DNA of 64,000 bases from a virus. Below the pieces are notes generated by a model. The model saw only the letters and a program-made list of their open reading frames with translations. It did no database searches and was not told the DNA's origin. Each line of letters opens with the position of its first letter. Position 1 is the stretch's first letter. The stretch lies in the IMG/VR virus record IMGVR_UViG_3300010233_000008, one strand, 5' to 3'. Shown here piece after piece: positions 38,001 to 47,789 of this stretch. The position numbers and the translations under genes were made by a program.

Positions 38001-38370
38001 CCCGTCAGGACAATTAGATAGATATGGTAGAAGTCCTGATGACCCCAATTACTTAAGTGCATTCAAAACCGATCCGCAAAAAGATACAGATTCTTGGAAA
38101 AAAGCCAGAAATATTACTACCGATTCCGAAAGAGCTTTAGCTGAATATAAAAAAGATATCCATAAAACCGGACCACAAATGCCCCACGCTGCCGTAGCCC
38201 TTAACGCTCAATTTAATAACACCTTCAATCAAACTATAGAAGAACAAGAAGTTAATAGGGCGATTTGGCAAGTTCGAGAATTTCTACTTAATACTTTTAA
38301 TTGTCATAGAAATGAAACTCAATTATGGTTAGCAACTTTAGAGGGGTCGATGATTGCGGATAGCGTTTAA
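35050..38370 (+). CDS. tape-measure-like / tail-length protein (1106 aa)
   Basis: N-terminal coiled-coil, central Gly/Ala-rich hydrophobic segments (GAGTSAIVGSIGLVIGSAFGPIGTMIGAAAGALVGNILGGALSAVAG) and length typical of tape-measure proteins; an internal ejection protein is an alternative. Confidence 0.5.
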   Translation: MPDTYQETIRLRVEVDSSDVGKAVQSEQQRANQRLRQQSSIPQSPNLGRSGGLNWDQMRGVFGATNTLSGFLGGGRNIFGIPQYQMMSMSRMFGGMGHPSASHYQSIRASEINRMAREAAQARTTRPGVTPQAIASETKAYFETLKGLRQTAEQIIKGSLASGKLILPMTMGGPKFDAASQAYKDLAQSMGYSVGDFQKSGPFSQASIGALGGKSQKFGKSDEDKALIEEEKKRLVSEEIKKKVEADKKIAEQAMKAAATGAKFVGGIEIAASVAIQMGQVLKSISSSLSNFAASFATGDVSKAMHGVVDALQGIAHGIGAGTSAIVGSIGLVIGSAFGPIGTMIGAAAGALVGNILGGALSAVAGLFNTFITAMDSLVNNLSKWNPSLAAMNAQLNIQTILFQRQMSYAMQPALLAWIHLKEVILDKLISYAPQINALANWIANLITGIINLAGEISAWINVIVTVAKVIYKFLIAPILEFGNIINILLKPVRWLIDLFGGLGHYMELLFNPIITLIGDFVDLGGGITKITVDLLDAFGLFINALANAADEMGQNDIAVSLGKSANELIDAASKLSQAANPQSLSPDELAKQAEEWGKAFMNSLGDFAKANGSGGIDKSRPLGAALHGLIGGNVSGGNSNVQTPLSNIGGAVGGFNIAANTMIQAANVMVGAANVNAIAAGVNAVAKKFNPNNPAGATAKQIAAANFIAQGHGKYNVDFGSLSQNQYSAGISGGVDIGNIPSHRWFKDKIYKTPWSTAFGSRNRLKYPGYLPYDQWADIVGASQGTGLGKYPDTGSTIGAMGSKYGSSGSYSDSGNIVGAMGNKYGGSDLSSGFMTFQQWRVRKLQRAGQKNLKGQNIDDPDYSGVDPNLVWAYKLRNKFGIDGNPGNLQVPPSDLLAALHYWHTQMVQDAGSSRWDNDSLQWNAAFKAYYGHDELAGFGATPGSPADIAAQKKYGNSTSPTTQPSTPSDAFIQSIGGKVTPAPSGQLDRYGRSPDDPNYLSAFKTDPQKDTDSWKKARNITTDSERALAEYKKDIHKTGPQMPHAAVALNAQFNNTFNQTIEEQEVNRAIWQVREFLLNTFNCHRNETQLWLATLEGSMIADSV

Positions 38371-40124
38371 TGCCTTACTATCAAATTTCCTATAACGGAT
38401 ACCAATTACCCTACGTCCGATCCACGATAACTGAAACTCCGCAATATGCCGACGATCAAATTACTTTAGAGGGAACTAATTATAATTTTGAATTCTCCGG
38501 TTATTTAATAGGATCATCTAATACCGCACAATTTGCTACTAATCTAGATGCGATGCGATGTGCATTAACAGTTCCTAGAGAGAATTTATTAGTTCAGTGG
38601 TCGGATGATAATTCTACATGGAATACTCTTTATAATTTTGATAGTTCAAATAATAATGATGCTAATTCAGACAATGCTTGGGGACCGATTCCCGGCGATT
38701 TTAAGGTAAATAAGGTATATGGTGGACGTGCCGCCATGTATTCTTATTCTATTAAGGTATTTCAAAAAAGCTGTTGCCCTTCCGGACAAAATACAACTAA
38801 TGAGATACTTTCAGTAACTAGAAAATGGTTATTTTCTATAGATGGAAATGGATTAACTAATCAAACTGTTTCTGGCACACTAACTATTAAATCTAACTTA
38901 GTTGCTGGCGGAAGTCCTGCTGATAATTATAGATATGTTGTCACCCCTCCATTAGATACTAATTTTCAAAGGGTTAGTCAAAGTTTCACTCAAAGTGAAG
39001 ATGGAAGGCATCTTTATTTTAGTATTTCGGATCAAGAAGTTAAATATACCTTACCTCCACCTATAACTACCGGCAATGCTAATTACGCAGTAAAAATTCA
39101 ATATCAAGGTGGAATGGTTGATATTTCATTGTCGGGAAAATTTTCTGCCGCCGCAAGTATTCCCAAGGCCACAATTTTAACCGCAATATTTAATTTGTGG
39201 GCAGCAAAATTTCCTCCTCCCGGCGGAACGCCTACGGTAATTTATACCGCCAGAGAAATTACCGACGATATTTATAATAATGCCATTTCTTTTAATATGA
39301 CGGCTCAAGTCGGAATGGCAAATTTGCCTCAATCTGGGGCTTCTCCCGCACCTTATTATTCATTAGGTTTAAGTTCTATAATTACTTCTCCTCCCGGCTC
39401 AAATGGAAGTGCCGAATTAATTTTACCTTACGGCTCTAGTGGAACTGCCGGTGGCTCTAGTGGAGCTATCGCCAGACCTCCATCTATTTATGATAATTGT
39501 ACTTCTACTACTCCCGGATATCCGGGAGTCAATGGGAGTCCGGGATTAACTTCTCAAGGGGGATCGGGTGGAACTGGAAATCCTTTATCTACTTATGGTA
39601 ATTATCCTTCTACCGCCGGTATTTCAACTCAACATCAAAATTCACCGTGGATAGCTTACCATGAAAAAATGAGTTGGGAAATAGATAACAATATAGTCTA
39701 CTTTACTCCTAAAGTAGAGGGTGAAAAACCCATTATCCAACAAACAGGCGTACCGAAAGTAACTTGTATTCAGGCTGGATATTCAAGTCAAATGTGTGCA
39801 CAAGCCAGTGATGCCGCCCCTCCTAACGCTCCATTTTATCTTTGTTCAGGCTCTAATCCTCAAGCTTATATGCAGAATTGTTTCATAGAACCTTCTAATC
39901 CTGTAATTATAGGTGATGGAACGGTAAATAGATATACGGTTCATTGGAGATATGTAATGGTTCTGAATAATAATATTGAGATTCTATCCGATATCCCAAA
40001 TCTTCAATATCCTAATGATCCAATTCGTCCTCCGGGAGCCACAAATACCATTACCTTCCAACCAGCCAATACAGCTAATCCCGCCGGTACATTTTCTGGC
40101 GTAGTAACTACGCCACAATCATGA
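38370..40124 (+). CDS. tail protein (584 aa)
   Basis: translationally coupled (TAATG) to upstream gene; Gly/Ser/Thr/Pro-rich beta-type protein. Confidence 0.5.
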   Translation: MPYYQISYNGYQLPYVRSTITETPQYADDQITLEGTNYNFEFSGYLIGSSNTAQFATNLDAMRCALTVPRENLLVQWSDDNSTWNTLYNFDSSNNNDANSDNAWGPIPGDFKVNKVYGGRAAMYSYSIKVFQKSCCPSGQNTTNEILSVTRKWLFSIDGNGLTNQTVSGTLTIKSNLVAGGSPADNYRYVVTPPLDTNFQRVSQSFTQSEDGRHLYFSISDQEVKYTLPPPITTGNANYAVKIQYQGGMVDISLSGKFSAAASIPKATILTAIFNLWAAKFPPPGGTPTVIYTAREITDDIYNNAISFNMTAQVGMANLPQSGASPAPYYSLGLSSIITSPPGSNGSAELILPYGSSGTAGGSSGAIARPPSIYDNCTSTTPGYPGVNGSPGLTSQGGSGGTGNPLSTYGNYPSTAGISTQHQNSPWIAYHEKMSWEIDNNIVYFTPKVEGEKPIIQQTGVPKVTCIQAGYSSQMCAQASDAAPPNAPFYLCSGSNPQAYMQNCFIEPSNPVIIGDGTVNRYTVHWRYVMVLNNNIEILSDIPNLQYPNDPIRPPGATNTITFQPANTANPAGTFSGVVTTPQS

Positions 40125-41776
40125 GCCAATTAGTATTAAATACTTGTACTTTGTCCGATGAAGACGGGCATAAGTATAACGTCTATGACCCTCCGAAGGG
40201 TGGAAGACCTACTAATGTATTTACCATGCACACCGGCGCTTCGCGTCCGGGCATCGGTAGATATTTAATGACTAAATCTGATTTTGAACAATTAGATGAA
40301 ACAGGGACATTAACTATAAATGGTCCTCCCGGTCCCGGAGTTTCTATTCCAGTGGTCGTCATGGCGGCTGTACCTTATGCTACTGGACCCTCGGCTGATT
40401 CTAGTGCATTAGGCACTAATATGATGGAGGTAATAGTTGCTGATATGAGAGAGCAACTAACTACTCCAATGATTTCCTGTGCTTTTAATGTTCAGCAACA
40501 AGGATTCCCATATACAACGCCCGATACCCCAATATTTTACACACAAACTATTAACGGATCAATAGCTTGGAGTTGGAATGATGTATTAGATAACCTAACT
40601 AACTCTCCAGCCTTCCCTCAAAATATAATATTTCCTAATCCCGATCCTTCATCTTGGCAACCCAGAAACCTAATTTATGATGGATGTTCATGTGCTAAGA
40701 TTATAGATGATATTGGCGAACAAGTTTATGTGGTAACTGGATTCGACTATACTCAAGATAATTTTCTAGACGGTATTCAATATTATCCTCCGGGAAATTC
40801 TCAAGATGGGAATACGGATGATTCTGGAAATACGAATATATTAAATAACGCCAAGAATTATGTAATAGCCGGAAGCGATCCCAATAACCCTACTAATTCT
40901 AATGAAAATGTTATAGGTACGGATTCATGGTTGAGATTTAAGACTAGATTCCCGGCTATAGTTAGAGTTGAGTTTAAGATTTATGATGCTACCAATCCAT
41001 TTCCTATTCCTACCTCTTTACCTCAGCCCCCTCCTGTTTGGACGGCTGGCACACCTTCATTCCAAAGAACCTATAGTAAAGACATAATCAATAACTCTGG
41101 TAGTGCCAATGATAATTATGTTCTACCGTTAAATTATGGAAATTACATAGCGATAATCTCTGGAAATACGATCTATAATCAGGCTGAATTAGATACGGTA
41201 GCTTTGGATATAGGTAATAGATTTCTAAGTAATCTTCAATTGCCTTTAGCTGAAAAAGTATTCGCTGGAATTTGGCCATTAATTCCTGATGGATTAGTTA
41301 GAGGAATTCAATGGGTGAGTAATAGGATGGGGGCGACAACTAGGGTTAGATTTAATAATGAAAAAGATTTTGACCCAGTACACGAAAATAAACGAGTAGT
41401 GGATGCTATATCTAATCAATTAATAGTGGGGTTAGGAGTCACTAACTCGTCGGTAGGTCCGAGCGGAAGTAGGCAGATCTGGACGCCAACTACTCATGTT
41501 TTGGTTAAGTTCAATACGAATACATCTTTGACTTCACTTTATACTGGATATTTTATGTTTGGGAGTGGGTCTGCTTCTGGTATTCCTCCTATTGGTTTCA
41601 GTCAAGGTCCGGAGTGTTATATTTGTAATTTGAATGAAATCATTTTGAATAATGAATGGCCCACCAATGCCGGTGAATTCGGCTGGGGGGATATTGTAAA
41701 TCCAGCATATATTGGCCCAAATGGGACCATGCCATTAGTTTATGTAGACCATCCGGGCGCTGGTCCTTGTGATTAA
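40121..41776 (+). CDS. tail protein (551 aa)
   Basis: ATGA start/stop overlap; position after tape-measure-like gene. Confidence 0.5.
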   Translation: MSQLVLNTCTLSDEDGHKYNVYDPPKGGRPTNVFTMHTGASRPGIGRYLMTKSDFEQLDETGTLTINGPPGPGVSIPVVVMAAVPYATGPSADSSALGTNMMEVIVADMREQLTTPMISCAFNVQQQGFPYTTPDTPIFYTQTINGSIAWSWNDVLDNLTNSPAFPQNIIFPNPDPSSWQPRNLIYDGCSCAKIIDDIGEQVYVVTGFDYTQDNFLDGIQYYPPGNSQDGNTDDSGNTNILNNAKNYVIAGSDPNNPTNSNENVIGTDSWLRFKTRFPAIVRVEFKIYDATNPFPIPTSLPQPPPVWTAGTPSFQRTYSKDIINNSGSANDNYVLPLNYGNYIAIISGNTIYNQAELDTVALDIGNRFLSNLQLPLAEKVFAGIWPLIPDGLVRGIQWVSNRMGATTRVRFNNEKDFDPVHENKRVVDAISNQLIVGLGVTNSSVGPSGSRQIWTPTTHVLVKFNTNTSLTSLYTGYFMFGSGSASGIPPIGFSQGPECYICNLNEIILNNEWPTNAGEFGWGDIVNPAYIGPNGTMPLVYVDHPGAGPCD

Positions 41777-44744
41777 AGCTGGACAATTTATTAGACAGGA
41801 TGGCGGCGGCTTAGTTAGGGGAGCTAAGGGCGGATTTGTTCGGGCAAAATATGATAATGATACAGAGGCTTGTCCGGGATGCACTTGCGGATGCTGTCCC
41901 ATATGTCTTAATCAACAATATATAATAACTTACGCTTTTGATAATGGAAGTGGTCAGGTTCAGCAACAAGCAATAACAAATCAGGGGTTTGTTCCCGGTG
42001 ATTTAGCTTTTCCATTAGATACCCAACAAATATGCTATATATTTGGTGCCGAAACGTGCGGTACGCCATTTCCTACTCTACCTCAATTGGTTTATGGAAA
42101 ATTCGGAACAAGTGCAATAACTTTTCCCGTAACCTCTACCAGCACAACCACTACTACATCTACCAGCACAAATTCTACTTCTAGTTCGACCTCAACAGAT
42201 ACTTTTACATCTTTTTCAACCACATCTTCATTTGAAGATAATTATTGCGAAACATTAAATAGTGATTTTTGTACTTGGGCCGTATATTTGGTGAAATGGG
42301 TATGGCAACAGACCACAGATATTGAGGGAGACCATACCGGAGTTTACGTTTATGCTGTTTACATATTAAATTATGATGGAAGTACAAGTACATCTTCATC
42401 TTCTACTTCTGGATTTTCTCCAGAATGCGGATTAAGCCCTGTCGGAACGTATGAATTATATTGTACCGGAATTTATACCGATTCGTTTATTCCTCCACCA
42501 ATATATTCTGGTTTGTTTGGATCGTCCAGTACAACCACAACAACCAGCAGTTCGACAAATACTTTTTCTGTAACTGGTACGAGTTCGTTCACAAGTGAAA
42601 GCTCTTCTACTTCCACTTATACCACAAGTTCAACAACAACATCTACCACTGGTACAACGACTTCAACTAGTACGACAACATATTCCACGACTTCCGCCAC
42701 TACATCAACTTCCACAAGCTCAGATACTTTTACCTCCACCAGTACAACTACAACCTATAGTACAAGTCGATCAACCTCTAGTTCTTCTGCTTGGTTAAAT
42801 TTTGAGAATGCTGGCGATGCTTTTTATAACCCAATTGCTCCAGACGGTGGACCTTGGCTTTTAGGATTAAATCCGTATTCTGGTGGAATAGGTGATTACC
42901 TTACTCTTAAGGATTTCAATAAATGCTTCTCTCCTACCGTAACAATATCTCCCGGTGGTGGATTTATAAATTATGGAACGGTAACATCTACTTCGACTTC
43001 TTCGGTTTATTTATATAGTAGCAGTACCTCTACTCAAACATTTACCACTGCATCCGTTAGTTCAACTTCGATTACTTCAACGTCTACGATTGGCACTTCA
43101 ACTACAACAATTGGTACATCCACTTCCACCAGCACAACGATATCTACCTCTACTTCGATATCAATATTTACATCAACGTCTAGCTCGACAACAAGCGACA
43201 CATTTACTTTTACATCAACAAATTACGATCTCTCATTTAGTTCCTCAACGGTACAGGGATTTTCATCGTACTCCAGTGCGTCGGCATGTATTGGTTGCAA
43301 TGATTGCTGTACCGGATATCAGATAAAAATAAGTAGCGGATTGTCTGGTAGTCCGTTTTATGGAAATGTCACTCAAATTATATGTACGGAACCAAACGTG
43401 AGTTCCGGATCAACAATTGGGTGTTTGCTGGGCGATCCATATATACAAGATTTTTATGAAAGTTTTTTAAATCCAACAGTAGACAATACTACTTTTGCTC
43501 AAGGATGCTTTTGGGAGGCATGTCCGAGTTTGGTTGGATCAAGTCCACCGCAAACAGTAGAAGCGTATTTATGGCTTGCCTGCGATACTTGGTATATAGC
43601 AGCGAGTGATGCAACGCAGCCCGGAATTGGTGGGGTTTATTGGCTGTTTTCTGCCCCTTATGATGGCGATTGCCCACCAGAAAATTTTTCATTAGTTCAA
43701 TATGGACCTCACAATTATAATGCCTTCCACGGTTATGGATCATTTTCTACCTATGGAAGTTCAACTTCTACCTCTACCTCAACATACACTTCAACATCAT
43801 TAACTTTTGGAACTAGCACTTCAACGTCTAGTTCCACTTTTACAAATACTTATACTTCCACAACTACTTCAACCACTTCAACTTTTACTTTTACAAGTTC
43901 TAGCACAGGAACATTCAGTTCGACATCTAGTTCATATTATACTTCTAGTTCATATTCATATATATCATTTACCTCTAGCTCAACCTCAATATCTACTTCT
44001 CTAGAAGGATCATATGCTACGGACGATGGAGCTACCGCTACCTTAGAATGTATAAATTGTTGTGGTACATGTCCAAGCAGTACATCAAGTAAAACTTCCT
44101 GTACCTCATTTACCTCGGTATCTTTTTCCACCTCAACTACAACTTCTACAAGCTCATCATTTAGTGTTTCCGGTACGTCTACTGCTACAATAACTTCCAC
44201 CTCAACTAAATCAGAAACATTTATATCTATATCTACTTCGGTAACTTGTCCTAGTACAAATACCTCTACATCTAGTTCTCCTCCTACGTCATCTACTTCT
44301 ACATCGCCATGCACGGCTTGCATTAACTGTTCTTCCGATCCAGCTACTAATGATTGTGGTTCATTGTCCGATACTTATGTAGCTTCATTTAATATAACAG
44401 TTAGAAATCCATTAACGGGATTATTCCAGAATTATCCGGTCAGTGTAACTATTACTTATACAAATGATGGGACTTGCTCTTGGGTCGGATCATCCGCCCC
44501 TATTTTTCCCAATACTCCGGCATTTGATGTAAGCGTATTTTTAACTAACCAAGGCGACCCAACTTCTCCGTGTGTATTTGAAATGGATGTTGAAGCCAAC
44601 AATGATTTCGATGATGGATGTAACGTGCAAACACTCCCCTCAAACCCCCTTTGTGCCGTATTTTGCACTACTCCGGTAAATAATTATAACCAAAATACTG
44701 CCTGTACTCCCGGCTCAAGTATCTCTGGCGCGATGGTTTCTTAA
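41769..44744 (+). CDS. Ser/Thr-rich mucin-like tail-associated protein with Cys-rich modules (991 aa, GTG start)
   Basis: extreme poly-S/T tracts (TSTSTTTTTSTSTNSTSSSTSTDTFTSFSTTSS...) interrupted by Cys/Trp-containing globular segments; all overlapping antisense/alternate-frame ORFs are low-complexity artefacts. Confidence 0.6.
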   Translation: MIKAGQFIRQDGGGLVRGAKGGFVRAKYDNDTEACPGCTCGCCPICLNQQYIITYAFDNGSGQVQQQAITNQGFVPGDLAFPLDTQQICYIFGAETCGTPFPTLPQLVYGKFGTSAITFPVTSTSTTTTTSTSTNSTSSSTSTDTFTSFSTTSSFEDNYCETLNSDFCTWAVYLVKWVWQQTTDIEGDHTGVYVYAVYILNYDGSTSTSSSSTSGFSPECGLSPVGTYELYCTGIYTDSFIPPPIYSGLFGSSSTTTTTSSSTNTFSVTGTSSFTSESSSTSTYTTSSTTTSTTGTTTSTSTTTYSTTSATTSTSTSSDTFTSTSTTTTYSTSRSTSSSSAWLNFENAGDAFYNPIAPDGGPWLLGLNPYSGGIGDYLTLKDFNKCFSPTVTISPGGGFINYGTVTSTSTSSVYLYSSSTSTQTFTTASVSSTSITSTSTIGTSTTTIGTSTSTSTTISTSTSISIFTSTSSSTTSDTFTFTSTNYDLSFSSSTVQGFSSYSSASACIGCNDCCTGYQIKISSGLSGSPFYGNVTQIICTEPNVSSGSTIGCLLGDPYIQDFYESFLNPTVDNTTFAQGCFWEACPSLVGSSPPQTVEAYLWLACDTWYIAASDATQPGIGGVYWLFSAPYDGDCPPENFSLVQYGPHNYNAFHGYGSFSTYGSSTSTSTSTYTSTSLTFGTSTSTSSSTFTNTYTSTTTSTTSTFTFTSSSTGTFSSTSSSYYTSSSYSYISFTSSSTSISTSLEGSYATDDGATATLECINCCGTCPSSTSSKTSCTSFTSVSFSTSTTTSTSSSFSVSGTSTATITSTSTKSETFISISTSVTCPSTNTSTSSSPPTSSTSTSPCTACINCSSDPATNDCGSLSDTYVASFNITVRNPLTGLFQNYPVSVTITYTNDGTCSWVGSSAPIFPNTPAFDVSVFLTNQGDPTSPCVFEMDVEANNDFDDGCNVQTLPSNPLCAVFCTTPVNNYNQNTACTPGSSISGAMVS

Positions 44745-44753
44745 CCCCGAACT

Positions 44754-46577
44754 ATGAAAATAAATTGCAAAAACTTTTCTGAATGTAATCGGAACGATGG
44801 TGGATGTTGCGCCATTTCCGATAAATCAGGTAGCAAATTACCTTCTTATGGATATTGCCAAATCTGTAAAGTTAGAGACCCAATTAATTCAGATATCAAA
44901 TCCCCACTTTTAGAAGAAGTAAAAAAGATAGAACCAAAGCCCATGCCAAAATGCGGAAAATGCCAACGCAAGGAATCTTCCCGACAAACTCAAAAAAAAA
45001 CTGAACCTTATGAAGTAGTTATTAAATGCCATCAATCTCCCGGCGATATTACTTTACTTCATGGAGCAATTAGAGAAGTACAAAAAGCATATCCCGGAAA
45101 ATTTAGATTTTCCCCAGATACTCATTTTAACGATCTATTTTATAATTCACCTTGGGTAATTAATAGAGAACATCTTAAAGACCCAATAACTATTGAATCT
45201 GGTCAATGTTGGAGTTGGGCAAACCAAAGATCGGATCATTTAGTTCAGGAATTTACCAGATCATTAATTGGACAATTAAATGATAAATTGAAATTAGATT
45301 TGAAAGTTCCGTATATGACGGAATTTAGGGGGTGTTTGATATTAAGTGAAGAGGAAAAGAATAGGGATGTAACGGATATAATTGGGGAATATGATAGCTA
45401 TTTTTTGATAGATGCCGGATGGAAAAGTAACGATTACGATGTAAAGCGTGCCCCAACAGAGACTTATCAACAAGTGGTTGATGGGTTATTGGGGAAAGTA
45501 AAATTTGTACAAATGGGCCGAAATGATCCAAATGCTCCGGACAGACACCCCCCACTTAAAAACGTAATAAATGCAATAGGATTAACTGAAAACCGTCGAG
45601 ATTTTCTTAGATTGGTTTATAGATCATCCGGGGTGATTACTCCGATTAGTTGGCCACTTCATGCAAGCGCTGCCATACCGATGCACTCTAATCCAAACAA
45701 GTTAAGACCATGTGTGGTTCTTGCTGGTGGTAGAGAACCAGTTTCAATGATCCAATATCCGGGGCATAGCGTTTTAAGCATGGTGGGAAAATTAGACTGC
45801 TGCCTTAACGGTGGCTGCTTCAAAACATCCATAGGTCATAAGCCTAATGATATGAAGGGAGTTTCAGATGAGAGATGCTTAAGGCCGGAAAATGGAATAG
45901 CTAAGTGCATGAGGATGATAACCGCACCGCAAATAATTTCCGCCGTTGAAAGCTATTTAGTTCCTCCAGAAAAGCCAAAAATCTGTATAGCAAGCATTGC
46001 AACAAATGACATGAGGGAGTTGAGGGATTTAACTTTCCCAAATAAAAAGCAATATGCAGAAAAACACAATTATGGGTTTGTCGGATGGGAAGATGTTTTC
46101 CACGAAAAAGATAAGCAAGATCGCCCCGCTTCGTGGAGCAAACTACCATTAATCCTTCAATTATTTTCTGAATATAATTGGATATTTTGGTCCGATGCTG
46201 ACTCTGTAATTACAAATATGGATAAGAAGATCGAAGATTTTATTGATAACGATTACGACTTGATAATTGCAGCAGATAGGAACGGGCGAAACTGCGGACA
46301 GTTTTTAATAAAGTCAAGTCAGCAAAGTTGGGATTTTCTACGTCGGGCATGGGAACAAACAGAATTTATAAATGACGGGTGCTGGGAGCAAAGTGCGATA
46401 GGGAAATTGTTAAGAGAAAATCCAAATCAAATTAGAGAAAAAATTGTACCTCAAAATTGGTTCAATTCTTATCCTGACATTTGGAATAAGAATGATTTTT
46501 TACTTCATGCTCCAAGGGATGATCGTTGGAATCGAATTGATCCTCTAAAAAATGCTTTGAATGGAGAGAAAATATGA
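44754..46577 (+). CDS. Zn-ribbon + GT9 heptosyltransferase-like + GT-A (DXD, GT34-like) glycosyltransferase (607 aa)
   Basis: N-term Cys clusters (CKNFSECN..CC, CQICK, KCGKCQ); VVIKCHQSPGDITLLHGAIREVQKAYP and GVITPISWPLHASAAIPM (GT9 motifs); C-domain SWSKLPLIL...WIFWSDADSVITN (GMA12/MNN10-like DXD). Confidence 0.6.
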   Translation: MKINCKNFSECNRNDGGCCAISDKSGSKLPSYGYCQICKVRDPINSDIKSPLLEEVKKIEPKPMPKCGKCQRKESSRQTQKKTEPYEVVIKCHQSPGDITLLHGAIREVQKAYPGKFRFSPDTHFNDLFYNSPWVINREHLKDPITIESGQCWSWANQRSDHLVQEFTRSLIGQLNDKLKLDLKVPYMTEFRGCLILSEEEKNRDVTDIIGEYDSYFLIDAGWKSNDYDVKRAPTETYQQVVDGLLGKVKFVQMGRNDPNAPDRHPPLKNVINAIGLTENRRDFLRLVYRSSGVITPISWPLHASAAIPMHSNPNKLRPCVVLAGGREPVSMIQYPGHSVLSMVGKLDCCLNGGCFKTSIGHKPNDMKGVSDERCLRPENGIAKCMRMITAPQIISAVESYLVPPEKPKICIASIATNDMRELRDLTFPNKKQYAEKHNYGFVGWEDVFHEKDKQDRPASWSKLPLILQLFSEYNWIFWSDADSVITNMDKKIEDFIDNDYDLIIAADRNGRNCGQFLIKSSQQSWDFLRRAWEQTEFINDGCWEQSAIGKLLRENPNQIREKIVPQNWFNSYPDIWNKNDFLLHAPRDDRWNRIDPLKNALNGEKI

Positions 46578-46771
46578 CTACCTTTACCTCAACTTCTTAC
46601 GCAAATTCCCACAGCGAATCCATTCAAGAGTCATATTTTAATCCTTGGACTAATTTCCAAACCTATCAAGAGCCAAACAAAGATAAATCAATTTGCACTT
46701 GCTCTAAACAGGAATTAATGGTTGCGGGATGTAATTGTGGGCATATTAAAAGATATTCGGAGAAAAGGTGA
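46574..46771 (+). CDS. hypothetical Cys-containing protein (65 aa)
   Basis: ATGA-coupled small ORF. Confidence 0.35.
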   Translation: MTTFTSTSYANSHSESIQESYFNPWTNFQTYQEPNKDKSICTCSKQELMVAGCNCGHIKRYSEKR

Positions 46772-47484
46772 TAGGTAAACGACCTAAACGAAATCCTCCA
46801 GCAATAAGATTAAATAGACCAGTAGGGAAAAGAGTAGAAATTACACAGCCAAAAATAATTCATCATAAAATAATTGAACCAAAAAAACCAAAAGAAATAA
46901 TTAAAGAAATACCCATAGAAAAAATTAAATTATCTCCACAACAAATAAAAGAAAATTGCCTAAAAACATTGCAGCAATTATATGACGAAAGGCATGGGGA
47001 ATGCGATAAGGGGGCCAAGCATAGTTACATAAGTCTATACGAAAAAATATTAGAACCTTTCAGGAATATTCCAGTCACATTTGTCGAGCTTGGTATATTT
47101 TCTGGATGGTCACTAGATTTGTGGTCAAGATATTTTATTGATGAAAACACAAAAATAATTGGTGTGGATATTTCGCCATCAATTGACAACAAAACCATTT
47201 CAGATATTCGCCAACAAATTATTATTGGAAACTGTACAGACCCATCAACATTTGAATCAATTGATAAAATTGATATCGTAATTGACGATGCGAGCCACAC
47301 ATTAAAAGATCAAACAGAATCATTCAATTTATTATTTCCACTCCTAAATATTGGCGGAATATATTGTATTGAAGATATCCAAAATGAGAGCAATAAAAAT
47401 GAATTGCTGTTGCTTTTTCCGTTTGAAGTTCATGCTTTTAATAAATGTTCAGACGATACTATTTTAATTGCAAGAAAAACTTGA
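46768..47484 (+). CDS. TylF/CmcI-like class I methyltransferase (238 aa)
   Basis: FVELGIFSGWSLDLW...IIGVDIS...VIDDASH pattern of the macrocin O-MTase / cephalosporin hydroxylase-like SAM fold. Confidence 0.5.
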   Translation: MIGKRPKRNPPAIRLNRPVGKRVEITQPKIIHHKIIEPKKPKEIIKEIPIEKIKLSPQQIKENCLKTLQQLYDERHGECDKGAKHSYISLYEKILEPFRNIPVTFVELGIFSGWSLDLWSRYFIDENTKIIGVDISPSIDNKTISDIRQQIIIGNCTDPSTFESIDKIDIVIDDASHTLKDQTESFNLLFPLLNIGGIYCIEDIQNESNKNELLLLFPFEVHAFNKCSDDTILIARKT

Positions 47485-47508
47485 CATTTTTATTTCTCTC
47501 GCTATAAT
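47481..47508 (+). promoter_or_regulatory. consensus sigma70 promoter TTGACA-16-TATAAT
   Basis: perfect hexamers; -35 overlaps stop of 46768..47484; ATG 47517 ~8 nt after -10 (near-leaderless). Confidence 0.6.
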
Positions 47509-47516
47509 CCTCCAAT

Positions 47517-47789
47517 ATGAAAAAACAACCCCCTCAAACTTATCAACCCGAACCCCCAAAATTTCCTCCAGCCCAATTTAAAATGCCTCCCAATCCCATC
47601 CTTCCAGTATTATGGTCTGATACTTTAGATGTTCAATACGATCAGCAAAACGCATTACTTAGGTTTTCAGCTACAGTTGAAGGCCATAAAATCGAAGTAG
47701 CGAGAGTTCAAACTTCATTGGATCATGTCAAGAAAATGGTAGATATGTTTTGCAATGCCCTTAATTATTATCCGACTAAACCCGAATGA
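47517..47789 (+). CDS. hypothetical Pro-rich protein (90 aa)
   Basis: ORF downstream of consensus promoter. Confidence 0.45.
   Translation: MKKQPPQTYQPEPPKFPPAQFKMPPNPILPVLWSDTLDVQYDQQNALLRFSATVEGHKIEVARVQTSLDHVKKMVDMFCNALNYYPTKPE

Noticed and set aside
42205-44668. Seven ORFs antisense to or alternate-frame within the S/T-rich gene (42205-, 42595+, 43090+, 43489-, 43807+, 43937-, 44456-)
   Set aside because: They arise from low-complexity ACN/TCN repeats and have L/P/Q/V/E-rich nonsense composition. The + frame encoding Ser/Thr with phage codon bias is the real gene.
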